A DNA stretch of 64,000 nucleotides. It comes from Rhizaria sp. SCN 62-66. Lineage: Eukaryota. Shown here piece after piece: positions 1 through 11,442 of this stretch. Below the pieces are notes generated by a model that was not told where the DNA came from, did no database searches, and saw only the letters and a program-made list of their open reading frames with translations. The stretch lies in NCBI GenBank assembly GCA_001724265.1, contig MEDY01000318.1, forward strand, positions 1 to 64,000, in the 5' to 3' direction. A program made the position numbers and the translations under genes. Each line of letters opens with the position of its first letter. The first letter of the stretch is position 1.

Positions 1-789
1 GCCGTAGATGCCGACAGCGGGGTCGTACTTGATGCCGAGGTCGATGTGCTCGTTGACGCCGAAGCCGAAGTTGCCGGTCTCGGAGAAGTTGGCCGCAGAC
101 AGAACGCCGTCCTTGGTGTTGAGGGCGGTGGCGAGGATGCGCTCGGCGTCGTCGCCACGGACGGTGACGTGGCAAGCGATCTTCTCGTTACGACGGATGT
201 TGAAGGTGCGGACGGTCAGGCGCGCTGTGAGAGGATACCAGAAGGCAAAGAGTGGGAGTGGGGGGAGTAGGAAAGGGGAAACATGGAGGGTGCGAGAAAG
301 AAGAAGTGAGCATCGTGCGGGTCAGCTTTCAAATGCAAATGCGAGCCTAAATGCGAGTGCCTCCAAATGCGCAAAAGCGCAAAGCAAATAACACTGGCGA
401 ATGCAGTGTGGTGGAAAGCGAGAACGTAGTAAGTGCGATGTAGAGAGCAGGACGTACCCTCAGAAAAGACGGGGGCCTGACCACCAGCAAGCTCCTCGAG
501 GACCTTAGCGGCACGGGTGAGACGGTCACCAGACTCGCCAACGCAGCAGTTAACGACGATCTTGGAGATCTTGATGTCCTTCATGGGATTCTCCGACTTG
601 GACGCCTGTGAACACGGATGGGAAAGTAGGGGGTGGACAGGCGAATGAGACGACGGTATGGAGAGCGGACAGAGCTTGCGGCAGTTGAAAAAAGAGGGTC
701 AAAGCCAGATAGTAACTCACTGTTCTGTTAATGCAATGAAATTATTCGATAGACGAAGCGCAAAGGTTTCTTAGTTATAAACGTACCAT
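1..789 (-). CDS. RPL11: 60S ribosomal protein L11 (uL5), 3' end runs off the window
   Basis: Exons 787-789 (ATG), 458-605 and <1-224 with GTACGT...CAG introns. Spliced product [98 protein letters not shown] carries the recognisable uL5 motifs. Confidence 0.97.
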
Positions 790-1324
790 TTGGGGTATGG
801 ATTATCACGTCAGTAGGGGTGATGCAAAATCTTGCTCGACTCGCACTCTTCGTCTCTTGAGCCAGCCAGCCAAACGATGTGCGCAGCCCAACCACAAACG
901 ATAGTAACACTGTATTTTTCAATACATAGACCCGCATTTTCGTCATCTGTAGTCGTTTGAAGAATATGTCTGGAGATAGCCATGTCACATAATATTGCAC
1001 CGGTAGTAGCTCATCCAAAGATAGATGTTTTGACGTACATATGCGTCGATTGTTCCTCGCTGCCAGCCAGATATCAGCTTAACAAATCATTGAAACAAAA
1101 GTTAGAGGGGGCATGAAAAGCACACTGATATAAATAGACAAAACTAGACCGTATTTCATACATATACTTTCTGTATAAACTAAGTATCATTCGATCTAGC
1201 AGCCATCATGCCGTCCAAATCACCTCTTTAATATCTCGTGAAAAAGCAAGCTATTAGTAGGTTGCCTTACGCTAGCAGGCAGTAGTAGACTTGTTTGATC
1301 GTGTTTGCTTTGTGCCTGCCTTAC

Positions 1325-4305
1325 TTACAGCACACACGCCGCAAGCGGGTCCGTCGGCCTCACCAACGCCTGCGTCACCGCTTCCGCACCAAGAGTATTC
1401 TGCAACCAGGTGATATTCGCTAATGACTCTGTGTGCAACACCTCTTCTTGACTCACACTAAGCAGCAGCGGACGGCTACTTACGCCGAAGCCGGGGGTGC
1501 TTAAACGCGCGCTGACAAGCGACTGTGAGCCGCTGGCGTGCACAGACACGTGTGGCAGAAGCCACTTGCAATGACCAGCAGCAGACACAGCATTGTCGCC
1601 CACAGCAGACGCAGCAGCGGCGGCCTTGGCAGCATCAGCCAGCCGTTGCTTATACAACTCGCTGTTCTGACCACTGCGCTTCTCCGTAGCAGCGACCTTA
1701 CGTTTCATCGTACGCACGGCCACATGTCCCGAAGCTGCTGACTCAGCAGATTCGGCCGCCGCAGAGGAACCCATGACTGACTGTGAGTCACGAGTCCTGT
1801 CGTTGTTGTTGTTGTGGTTTTTGATAGCTTGCTCCTGCGCCTCATACCATTGCGCCTTCGCAACAGTGACCGTGAGCGCGTCCCGATCGCGCCTCTCCTC
1901 AGCGCCCACGGTCCCGGTGACCGTGAGCGCGCAGTAGGACGTCACAGCACAGAGCAGCGCCTGGAGAGCGCGGGTGGCTTCGAGACGGATCCAGGGGTTG
2001 CGGCTTGCCATCGAGGCCTGGAAGTCTAAGGGGGTACTTAGACGGGCAGCAGTGGGAGCAGAGACAACAAGAGCGCCGTTCATGTCAGCGCTAGAGTTAC
2101 TATCGTCGTGGCCGTCATCGTTAGAGAGAGCAAAGACCTCAGAAACACTGGGATTCTTCGACTGGGTCACAGCAGCAGCAGCAGCAGTCTTCTGTTGTTT
2201 TTGCTTTTGTAAGTACGAAGTGACCGTGAGCATGCCTGGAGTAAACACGGCACTCTTGTCAGACGAAACAACCGTACCCACAACAAGACTATCATTATTG
2301 ACAGAAGCAGAAGCAGATGCAGAAGCAGAAACAGAAGCGGAGTTTGCATTAACAGCAGCCCCCTGAATCACACTGGCGTTGCTGTTAATAGCGATCGTGC
2401 TTGAAGAGGAAGAAGAAAGAAGCAAGAGTGCCTGCAGAGCTTTGATAAGCCGCGGCGCTGCTGGCACTACGATCGACTTGACAGCACGGGCACCGATCAA
2501 AGTTAAGCCGCGCACAGCACCGTATAACGTCGTCAATGGCGGCAACCGCACAACTTCACCCGCGGCGCCGGAACCCATGCCGCTCACAGTCATTTGGCCG
2601 CCGCGGGTACCTGCGGGAACACGTGGTGACGTGGCGGCGGGGAGAGTGATCGTAAGCCCCGCCCCTCCAGCCGCAGGCTCCGTCAGTGCGGCCCCGAGTG
2701 TCTCACAGGTCCGCGGCAGCAGAGTCGGATATTGCCCGCCCCAGCGCGCGACCGCGGCGGCGACTACTGCAGCGGCACGGTCGCGAACTGTCCAGTGGTC
2801 CTCTGAGGGCGCCAGCGCCAGTGCCGGGGCCAGCAGCGCTGCGAGAGCGGCGGGGAGAAGCGAGTCTAAGTAGGTGTCCAGCCCGGTGTAGGGGGCGGCC
2901 ACGAGCGCGCGTGCAAGCGCTAAAGGGGGCAGCAACGCAGCGGCACGCGTGTTGTGACTCGCGACTGATTGCGCAACGAAATGCACCAAATACGGCGTTA
3001 ACTGCGCCGTTGCATGTGCGTCAGTCCTCACTAAATGCAACGCGGCACGGGCACGGGATGGGTCACGGCTACTGAGAGCGGAGGTGAGACGAATCAACAG
3101 CTGTTGCTGCTCCTGCGAAAGAGTGTGGTCGCTGCTATGACGCAGGATCTGCGCGGAAGTCAAGCCGCTCGCCGCGGAAGTTAAACCGCCAGCGGCGACG
3201 ACCGCGGTACTCGTGCTGCCGCTCGCGGTGCCACTTGCTGCGGCGCCGGCATGAGTACCTGCAGAGTGACTGTGAGCACCAGTGGTGCCATGCGCACCGT
3301 GTGTGCTGCCCAGTGTGCGGCGTTTGTTACTCCCCGCCGCAATCACAGAGCTGTGGCCACCGCCACTGCCGCCTGTGTTGCTATCGACAGCAGAAGCAGT
3401 TGCGGTTGCGCTATTGTTGTTGTAGCTGTTATGAGCGCTTTGGTGGACGAGAGCGAGCGGGTTTGCGGTGCTATTTGCAGCGGAGACGGCCAGCGCCATT
3501 GCCGCCGCGTTCGCCGCTGCAAACACGGTCCCATTATACCCCGCATTCGCGGAACCACCAGTCGCGAGGTTACCGACACCGTGGCCGCCGCCAGTATGGT
3601 GAGGCGGGGGCTGGATCAACGCGGTGCCGGACATCACCGCGGCGCGCTCAGCGGGAGTCGGGTTCTGCGGAATCAACGGCTGGACGCCGGCGACCGAGAG
3701 CCAGTGCACCGCGAGCACAGGCTGTTTGGGAACGATCGAGAGCGCGGTCGCGGTGTGCGCGAGCATCATTTCGACCGAGACGACGGCGTCTTCCGCGTAA
3801 AACACGTCCTCGGCAGAGCTTGCGCTGCTGTTTGTTGCGTAATTGGCCGTTGCGATGGAGGCAGGGCGAGCGACCTTGAAGCTGCCACCGGAAGAAGCAG
3901 TGTAGCCAGTTAGAGGAGGGAGGTGTGCGGCGCGGATAGCGGTGTTGATGTCATCGCGGGTAAGGACGGAGCGGTTGCAGTGCTGCAGCATCGTTGACGC
4001 AGTCTATACAAAGACGCAAAACGCATTGACAAAAACACAAGAAAGAGTTCAGCAAGCATGGAAAGAAGAGCGATAACACGCGATGAACAAGGCGCGGAGA
4101 GAAATAACAAAGCGTGCAAGGGGATAAGGTATATATCAAACAGAATCTGAAACTATATTTGATTTTGTTAAGACTATGAGGTACGTACTTGAATAATGGA
4201 CATGAGACGCTCGTCAAGCCTGAATGCAATGTCTTGGGCAGCGTTGGGCGTGACCTTAATGCCCAAAGACGCTGCCATAGACTCCACAAACGCTGAGCGC
4301 ATCAT
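1325..4305 (-). CDS. TAF6: TFIID subunit 6 (histone fold plus HEAT-like domain) with long low-complexity insertions
   Basis: Exons 4189-4305 and 1325-4003. H4-like fold MMRSAFVESMAASLGI..IAFRLDERLMSIIQ|TASTMLQHCNRSVLTRDDINTAI, plus HWLSVAGVQPLIPQNP, HTLSQEQQ, QLTPYLVHFV, DHWTVRDRAA and TLYGAVRGL, all typical of TAF6. Stop TAA. Confidence 0.93.
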
Positions 4306-5108
4306 TGTGGGCAGCAGGTGAAGATGCGCAGAGGGGATGCAGGAGTGACAGACGCGAAAATGTGGCAGGCAGAGCGCGCGGCGACTACTGAAGTGATGGC
4401 CGCAGATCCAACTGCAAGTTTATCTCAAAGACCAACTGCACGTGACTATCAAGGATTCAATAGTGTTAGCTCAGTCAGTAGCTTGATAAAGTACTATCTC
4501 ACAGTCCCGAGCTACAGATGTGTCCTCTGGCGCTTGCTTTGTGATGCTGCAGCTGATTGAGGAGTCGGGAGATAGAGTCTTGGACGAGTGCAAAGAGGTG
4601 CGATTCATAAAGTCGGAATATACCCTTAGCAGAGGACCTAGAACATGAAAACAAAATATATCCTCGATACGTCATAACCATTTCAATAACCCATGCCAGA
4701 TGCTCGAAACATCGGATCCTAATCGAGATATACGCCTTGAGATATTAGCGCGGATCGGCTTGGCAGAGCGAGAGTGAGAGGCGGGGGCGAAGACTGAAGT
4801 GACGGTTCGCAAAAATGTGGATCGATTCGCGAAACAATCGCTGACGAAGCGTCAAATCCATAGACAAAAGAATCCCCGAACCTCCGTTACTAGATGTAAC
4901 ACTCGTGTATGATATATTACGTATGCTATTCTACACGAATTTGAATTTAGAATTTCTTAGGCGCTTACTTCTCGTGCGCTGCTATCATACTTCCTTATGG
5001 GCCTGAACCATGGCTCACCCCGTAACTCCTCTTTTCCCGCACGGCACCCCACGTCCTCATACTGTTACTCTCTGTTTTTCCACGTGAACCGCAGACCCAC
5101 CCCGGCCG

Positions 5109-5870
5109 ATGCGTTTCCACGCCGTCACCTTGGCTGTTCTCGCAACGGCCCTCCTCCTCGCATCTTTCCTCTCCGCTGCCGCCGCCGCCCCCGCCAAGGC
5201 TACGAAGGGCAGCAAGCTCAACAATGACGTCAAATGCGGTGTCTGCTCCACTTTGCTTAACGCTCTTGAGGACCGCGTTGCCTCCGCTGCCCGCGAGCAT
5301 CCCTACGACGTCCTCTCACGTTTCCGCCTTGACGAGAAGCGGAAGGTTCCCTACTCACGCTCTGAGACCTTCATCGAGTCGTTGCTAGACTCCCCGAGCT
5401 CGTTCTCATCTCTGTGGAACAAGCACGGCTTCCTCCGCGCCGCTGCGGCCCCCATGCGCCTTGTTCCCCGCGATGGCGCTGGCTCAGACCCGCGCGTCCA
5501 ACACTCGACCGCCATCCGTAACCAATTCGCTGCCATCGCGGCTGACATCTTCGATGACCACGTCGAGGCGCTGTCCCTCGCGCTCGCACGCGCACGCAGT
5601 CGGGATGCGGCCGTCAAGTCGTTCTGCGTCGAGAGCTATCGGGCGTGCACTGAGTGGCCTGCCGTGTGGGGCGAGGCCACGGACCCCATGCCGGAGCCTG
5701 AGAAGCCGAAGGAGGAGGAAGCTAAGCCGCAGCAGGAGGATGTGAAGCCGGCGGCTACTGACGCGGCTGCGGAGGCTGGGTCTGCCCCTGCCGATACCGC
5801 TGCAGCTACGGAGGCGGCGCCTGCTGCTGCTGCTGCCGCGGTTGCGACGGAGGCTAAGGATGAGCTTTGA
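5109..5870 (+). CDS. Canopy/CNPY-like (saposin-like, DUF3456) ER-luminal protein
   Basis: Single exon with an N-terminal signal peptide, KCGVC..RFRLDEKRKVPYSRSE and FC..C motifs, and C-terminal KDEL followed by TGA. Confidence 0.8.
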   Translation: MRFHAVTLAVLATALLLASFLSAAAAAPAKATKGSKLNNDVKCGVCSTLLNALEDRVASAAREHPYDVLSRFRLDEKRKVPYSRSETFIESLLDSPSSFSSLWNKHGFLRAAAAPMRLVPRDGAGSDPRVQHSTAIRNQFAAIAADIFDDHVEALSLALARARSRDAAVKSFCVESYRACTEWPAVWGEATDPMPEPEKPKEEEAKPQQEDVKPAATDAAAEAGSAPADTAAATEAAPAAAAAAVATEAKDEL

Positions 5871-6876
5871 AGTGAAAAGCGAGGAGTGAAATGGGCTGAC
5901 AAACGATGATAAGCTTGATTTAAACGTGGAAATGAGACATATATTGTGTAAACCAGTGTAGTTGACGTATTTGCAACACTGGGAAACATATAAGCTCAAG
6001 TTGTGTGCGTAAGAGCGATGATTTTAACGCAAATGACTCGCGTGTCCAGCAACGATCTGTGTAGTCAACTGACATCGATGATTTGCTTTGTGTTTTCAAT
6101 GGGTGGGGTACTTATATGAGTTGGGTCATGTGTGTTCGTGAATTTTGTTTTAATGTCATCACTACGCGGTGCGTCTAACGTACATGTGAGTGTGGCACTT
6201 ACTCTGGTCTAAGAAGCATTGCCTCGAATACTCACATAAACCTAGCAAACACAGAGTGAACGTTATATCAACTCAACTGCATCTGGACGTTTGAAGTTTA
6301 AATGTTATCTGTATTATCTGTATTTACGATGTTTTAGCTGGCAAGCAATTTACAACTGCTTGTGCTGCTTATGTTGCTTCGTTGTTATCTGAGCGTGATT
6401 TAGTTACACATGCATAATGACTCTAGGAAGTTATTGAAAGCATCAAATACTACAAACCACGTTCTCGTATCAACAACAGGCAATCACAAAATGTTTTAAA
6501 TACTCGCATAGACAGACAACCACACAAGCCGCAGTTACAACGCATTCGTACTCGTGCTACTAATGCGAGGCACAACAGCAACATTCGCCCAAAAAATGCG
6601 CCATCACAACTGCAACTTGTCACGTATTGATATCAATCACAGAATAAACAAGCCTCTGAGAACAATAAAAACAACTAACGCTACCCTCCTTCCTAACAAA
6701 ACTACTTACACACGTCGCACTTACATGTTGACTATGTAAGTGCAACCCATCTAAGTGATCAAACAATCACCATTGAAGTGTTTCGCAGCAGAACTGCGCG
6801 CATACTTAAGCCGCAGTGACTCACGAGTGCGTACCCCTGAGTACTGGCTGGGAGATTCTTACCTCGTTTTTCTTTT

Positions 6877-8423
6877 TTACGCCCACTTGGCGATAATGGC
6901 CATGCCGCAATAGCCAACAAGCAGGAGCAGCAGCTTGGGCACCTTGTCACGCTTGTGTGCAAACTCGGGCAGGATAACCTCCACAAGCGCGACGTAGAGG
7001 AAAGTACCGGACGCGAACGACGTGAGGATAGCAGAAATGATGGAATCGTGGGCAGCGTACGACTGCACAACGAGGCCGATCGCGATGCCGACAGGGGTCA
7101 TGAGTGAGAAAGCAACGCAGAAGCCAACCAGCTTGCCCGTGGTTGTCTTGGCACGGACGAGGGACGTGCCGAGAGCAAACGACTCGAGAGCCTTGTGCGC
7201 AACAACAGCGATGAAGATAGAGGTGAAGCTAGACTCACTGGCGCCCATAGCAATGCCTTCCATGACAGAGTGGAAACTCAGCGCGAACCAAAGGACGATA
7301 CTGGAGAAAAGCGAGCCGTCGCCGCTGGGGGGTGCATGTGCGTGGGCGTGGATCTCCCCTTCAGCACTCTCACTAACGGTGTGGGCGTGGCCGTGGTGGC
7401 CGTGACCGTGAGCAGAGTTATCAGCCTGTGAACGTGAACAAGCAAAACAAGATGAGAAAACATTAAACGTGAGAATTGAAGCATATGACAAATTCAAATG
7501 AAGTCAAGAACTAAAACAAAGAAATCACGAATATTACACATATATACAAACATTTCTAGATTGGATCGATACGCGTTGAGATACATGCGATAAAACTGAT
7601 TGTTTAGACGTACCTCAGCCAGGAGACCAGCACCGAGATCGTTGTTCCCGTTCTTGGAACCATTCTTGCGGCGCGCGAGCACGTTGGTGTGCTTATCGCC
7701 GCCAGTGGAAGCGACGAGAGCGGTCGACTTAGCGAGAATACTGTTGTAATGCGCCTCGAGGCTCGCGCGCGCAGAGGGGGTCAACTGCTCGAGAACAAGA
7801 GGGGGCAGAGAAAGTCCGGCCTCAGTGATCGCACCGTCGTCGTCGTCCTCGTCGGCGGCGGTGGCGCTGCTGTTGGCGTTGGGACCGCTGTTGAGGGAAG
7901 CGTCGTTGGGGCCGTGGCCGTGGCCGTGGGCGCCGTTGTTCTTGTTCTTCTTAGCCTGTTGGAGCATAGAAAAGATAGTATAAGGCGAGAAAAGGTTAGA
8001 TAAATGAGGCGAAACTAATGAGTATAATTCGGACGTAGTATTTACATGTTATGTTTCAAAATGAGGAAGATTAGATAAGACTAAAGTGGTCATATGTAGA
8101 GTTTAAAGATAAAGGCGGCTTACCTGGTTGTCGGTGATGACAGTGGCAAGTTGCTCAACCGTGAGGGTCATAAGCAGACCAAAGCCACACAGCGCAAACG
8201 CGGCAGGCTCAAAAAACTCAACACGGCCCTCCATGTGCTCAACAGCCTCATTGAAGAGGTGAACGAGTGCGGCGGCGAGGAGCACGCCGGCACCGAGCGA
8301 ATTGAGCAGGGACAGCAAGCGCGCGTTGCCCTGGATCTTGAGGGGCAGGAGTGACGCCACAAGAGCCTGCAGTAGGGTGATGAAGATCGAGAGGATCTTG
8401 AAGTTTTTGGTGGAGAGACCCAT
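6877..8423 (-). CDS. ZIP (Zrt/Irt, SLC39) zinc/iron transporter
   Basis: Exons 8124-8423, 7614-7955 and 6877-7425 (396 aa). Motifs GAGVLLAAALVHL, His-rich loop HGHGHHGHAH, ALSFHSVMEGIAMG, AHKALESFALG and ASGTFLYVALVE. Stop TAA. Confidence 0.95.
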
Positions 8424-9174
8424 GGTGTTCGTAGGAGTCTGGGAGAACGCAACGAAGGTTGTGAATGAGCTTAGTTAGGAAGCGGAGGGGAGGTGGACTG
8501 ACAACGAATCGCGGCAACGAAGGTGGCGTTGGAGCGAAAGATTGAAGAGGGAAACGGTCGATGCAGCGTTATACGACGTGCAAAAAGCGTTAGTTTGTCT
8601 GAAAATAAAACGTATTCGCAAGGAAGCAAGTTAAGCAAATGAATTTGTGAGTTGAGTGAAACGACGTGGCAGCTGCAAGGAGGGTCCACAATGGCGATTG
8701 GGAAACGAAATATATTACGCATCAAAACAACGACACAAGCCACGCGACAAAAAAGAAATACTGTTTAAGCCGTGACACACCCGCCATCAAATAATCATGC
8801 GCACACGACGCTCAAAAAACGCAGAATATAACGATTTGTCAACTGCCGCACTTCCTCTTCGGCCTTACAGTGAGGGCGACGCCTCTCGCGGCCTAACAGC
8901 ATGCGTCGCTCTCCGAATCACCGTTGCAGAGTGCAAAACACTCTTAATAACCACCTATGACGCTGAAATTAGGATGAACTCTTGTAAATGGCAATCAATA
9001 AACTATATTTCAAAATTGTTAATGTATAGTGATACTAAGATCGTTTTATTAGAAGTTTAAGTTTCTGATGACGTGATTACTGGCCGTTACTCCCCTGAAC
9101 CAGGGACCCACGCAGGCCATCCAGTGCCACACGACATCGCACAATTGCTATCACGGTGATATCCCGCTGCTCAC

Positions 9175-10906
9175 TCAGCAAGGCGTCGCGCCCGAGAGAT
9201 CGCCGATCGCCATTGCTGCCCGCAACGCTAGCATCGCCTTCACAGCCTCACTCTTCGCCGTGGAAGCAGCTGACTCAGCGGTTCCCGCGTTCGGAGCAGC
9301 GCTCCCGGTGTCGAGATTGAGCTCGCCGGGACTCCAACGGTAGCCTTTGCCGACGATGAAGTGCTCAGCGCTCCGGATGCGACTCGAAGACGGCTTCAAC
9401 ACCTGGAGCAGTAACAAACAAAACATCAATCAAAACATCATGAGAGACAACCAAGATAAGAGTCATGTCTAATAAATTTAAACGACAACTTGATAATACT
9501 CTTTTTGACATATTGGGTTGGTTTTGTCACAATGAATAAGGATTTTGGAGATATAAATGCGTTCTAGTGAAATGTAAGGACGGACCTCGACTGTGTCAAA
9601 AAGCAGGGCCATCTGGGCTTGCATCAGGTCAAGAGCATCACCTTTAAACAGCTTGGAGACAAAGCTGCCACCGCGCTCGAGGATGCGGGTCGAGATATGC
9701 AGCGCGGCAAACAACAGCTGGCTCTGTAAAAGAGCGTCATTGACAGCAAACGTGATAAAAAGGTCGAATTTAAGTTGAAAGAAACGAGTTTCACAGCATT
9801 TGAGCTTAAAAGAACGTGATAGATGAATAAATAACATATAAAACACCAATTTTAACCAGAAAAAAAATGACGCATTCAAAAACTAAAATGACACTAACGT
9901 GATGCAACTTAAGCTCAAAACTTGCGACAGTCATGCGTACCTGGAGGAACTCATCGATCTGGTGCAGCCCCGTAACATCAGGCGCACCGTCGCAGACGAC
10001 GAGTTGTGCCCGCGCTCCCCCCAAAGCAGAGATGATGTCATTCGCAGTCTCGACTGTGGTGATATCACCCTGGATGCAGCTGACGCCGGGAATCGGGGCC
10101 ATCTCTTGCAAGTCAACCGCAACCACGCGCACACTGCTCTCCACAACGGTAGGATTCGCAGCAGCAGTCGCAGTAGCGTTAGCAGTGGTAGCAGTAGCAG
10201 CGTTGTTCTTAAGCTCACGGGCGAGGAGCTGCGACCACGAACCTGAAAACATAGCAAGAGTTTTCACCATAAAGATGTTAGCGTATGCAAAATAAATTAA
10301 AGTTTCATTTCTTATAGTACGGATATCAAGTTATGGTGAAGATATATATTAAACGAATGCGAATTAGTTAAGAATTCGTATGTTTAGTGCATAACATACC
10401 GGGGGCAGCGCAGAGGTCGACAGCACGGGTGACGCCGCTAAAGATGCGTGTGACTTCGTCAACGTGGAGCAGCTTGTACGCGGAACGGGCACGAAACCCT
10501 TCAACCTTGGCGCTGCGGTAAAAAAAGTCCTGGATAAATGGGAGAGTTCGTTGTGTGACAAACGCGGGGGTGTTGTGTGAGAAAGCAAAGGGAAGTGTGT
10601 GAAGAGAAGCAACAGAAAAATGAGTCAACGTCAAGAATTATCGCACACGAATCAAAATTACCAAGGTTATTAAAGTAGTATGCAATTATGCGTGAGATAT
10701 ATTGATACCATCGCAATACGTAAAGATCTTGTCGGGTTTAAGTGAGTGATAGTGGGAAGTTGCGGGAGATCGAGGGGCAAGTGAAGAGAGGTGAAGGAGG
10801 AACGCACCTCGCGCGCGGGGATGTAGGGGGGCAGCTGTGCGCCAATGGGGCTCCAGGCGGCAGTGGTAGCCTCGTCAAAGCCACCGACAGGGGCGGTGGT
10901 GCTCAT
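9175..10906 (-). CDS. TRM7: tRNA (C32/N34) 2'-O-methyltransferase, FtsJ family
   Basis: Exons 10808-10906, 10400-10529, 9941-10242, 9586-9723 and 9175-9402. Motifs [78 protein letters not shown] and GDLS. Stop TGA. Confidence 0.92.
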
Positions 10907-11442
10907 TACGAAGGTGTGAAGGGAGCAGAGACGCGCTTTGTGTGCACTGGTGAAGGCTGTGGTTGGTGCGGGGAAGGCGGCGGTGCGTGATTAAACAGGG
11001 TTCGCTGTGGCGATAGTGACCGTTGTTAGCGACTGCGATATTGAAATGATACACAAGGTTCACGTGTGAGCTTTTTCTCTTTTTAACAATTCGTCTCTGG
11101 TCGCTCTTAATGCTTTGTTTCACCTTTCTCGTCCGGCATAGGACGAGACGGTCAGACCCCAACTCGCGCGCCGTCCACTCAGCTTAACTATCTTCATACC
11201 TCGCGAAAATGACTCTCCCAGGACGATCTGCTTTGTATTTTCATTTTCCACAATGCATTAATACTATTTCCTTTGATTGCATTTCACGATCTCAACTTTC
11301 TCGTCCTCTATCGCCCTCTTTGTTGCCCTCCGCTCAGATCCGTTAGTTACAGAGCTCAAACACAGCTCTCATTCCCGCAACCCACCAGCGTTCCACCCAC
11401 CTTTCTCTGACACGCACCGACTCGCGTGTATTGCTTCCGCGC

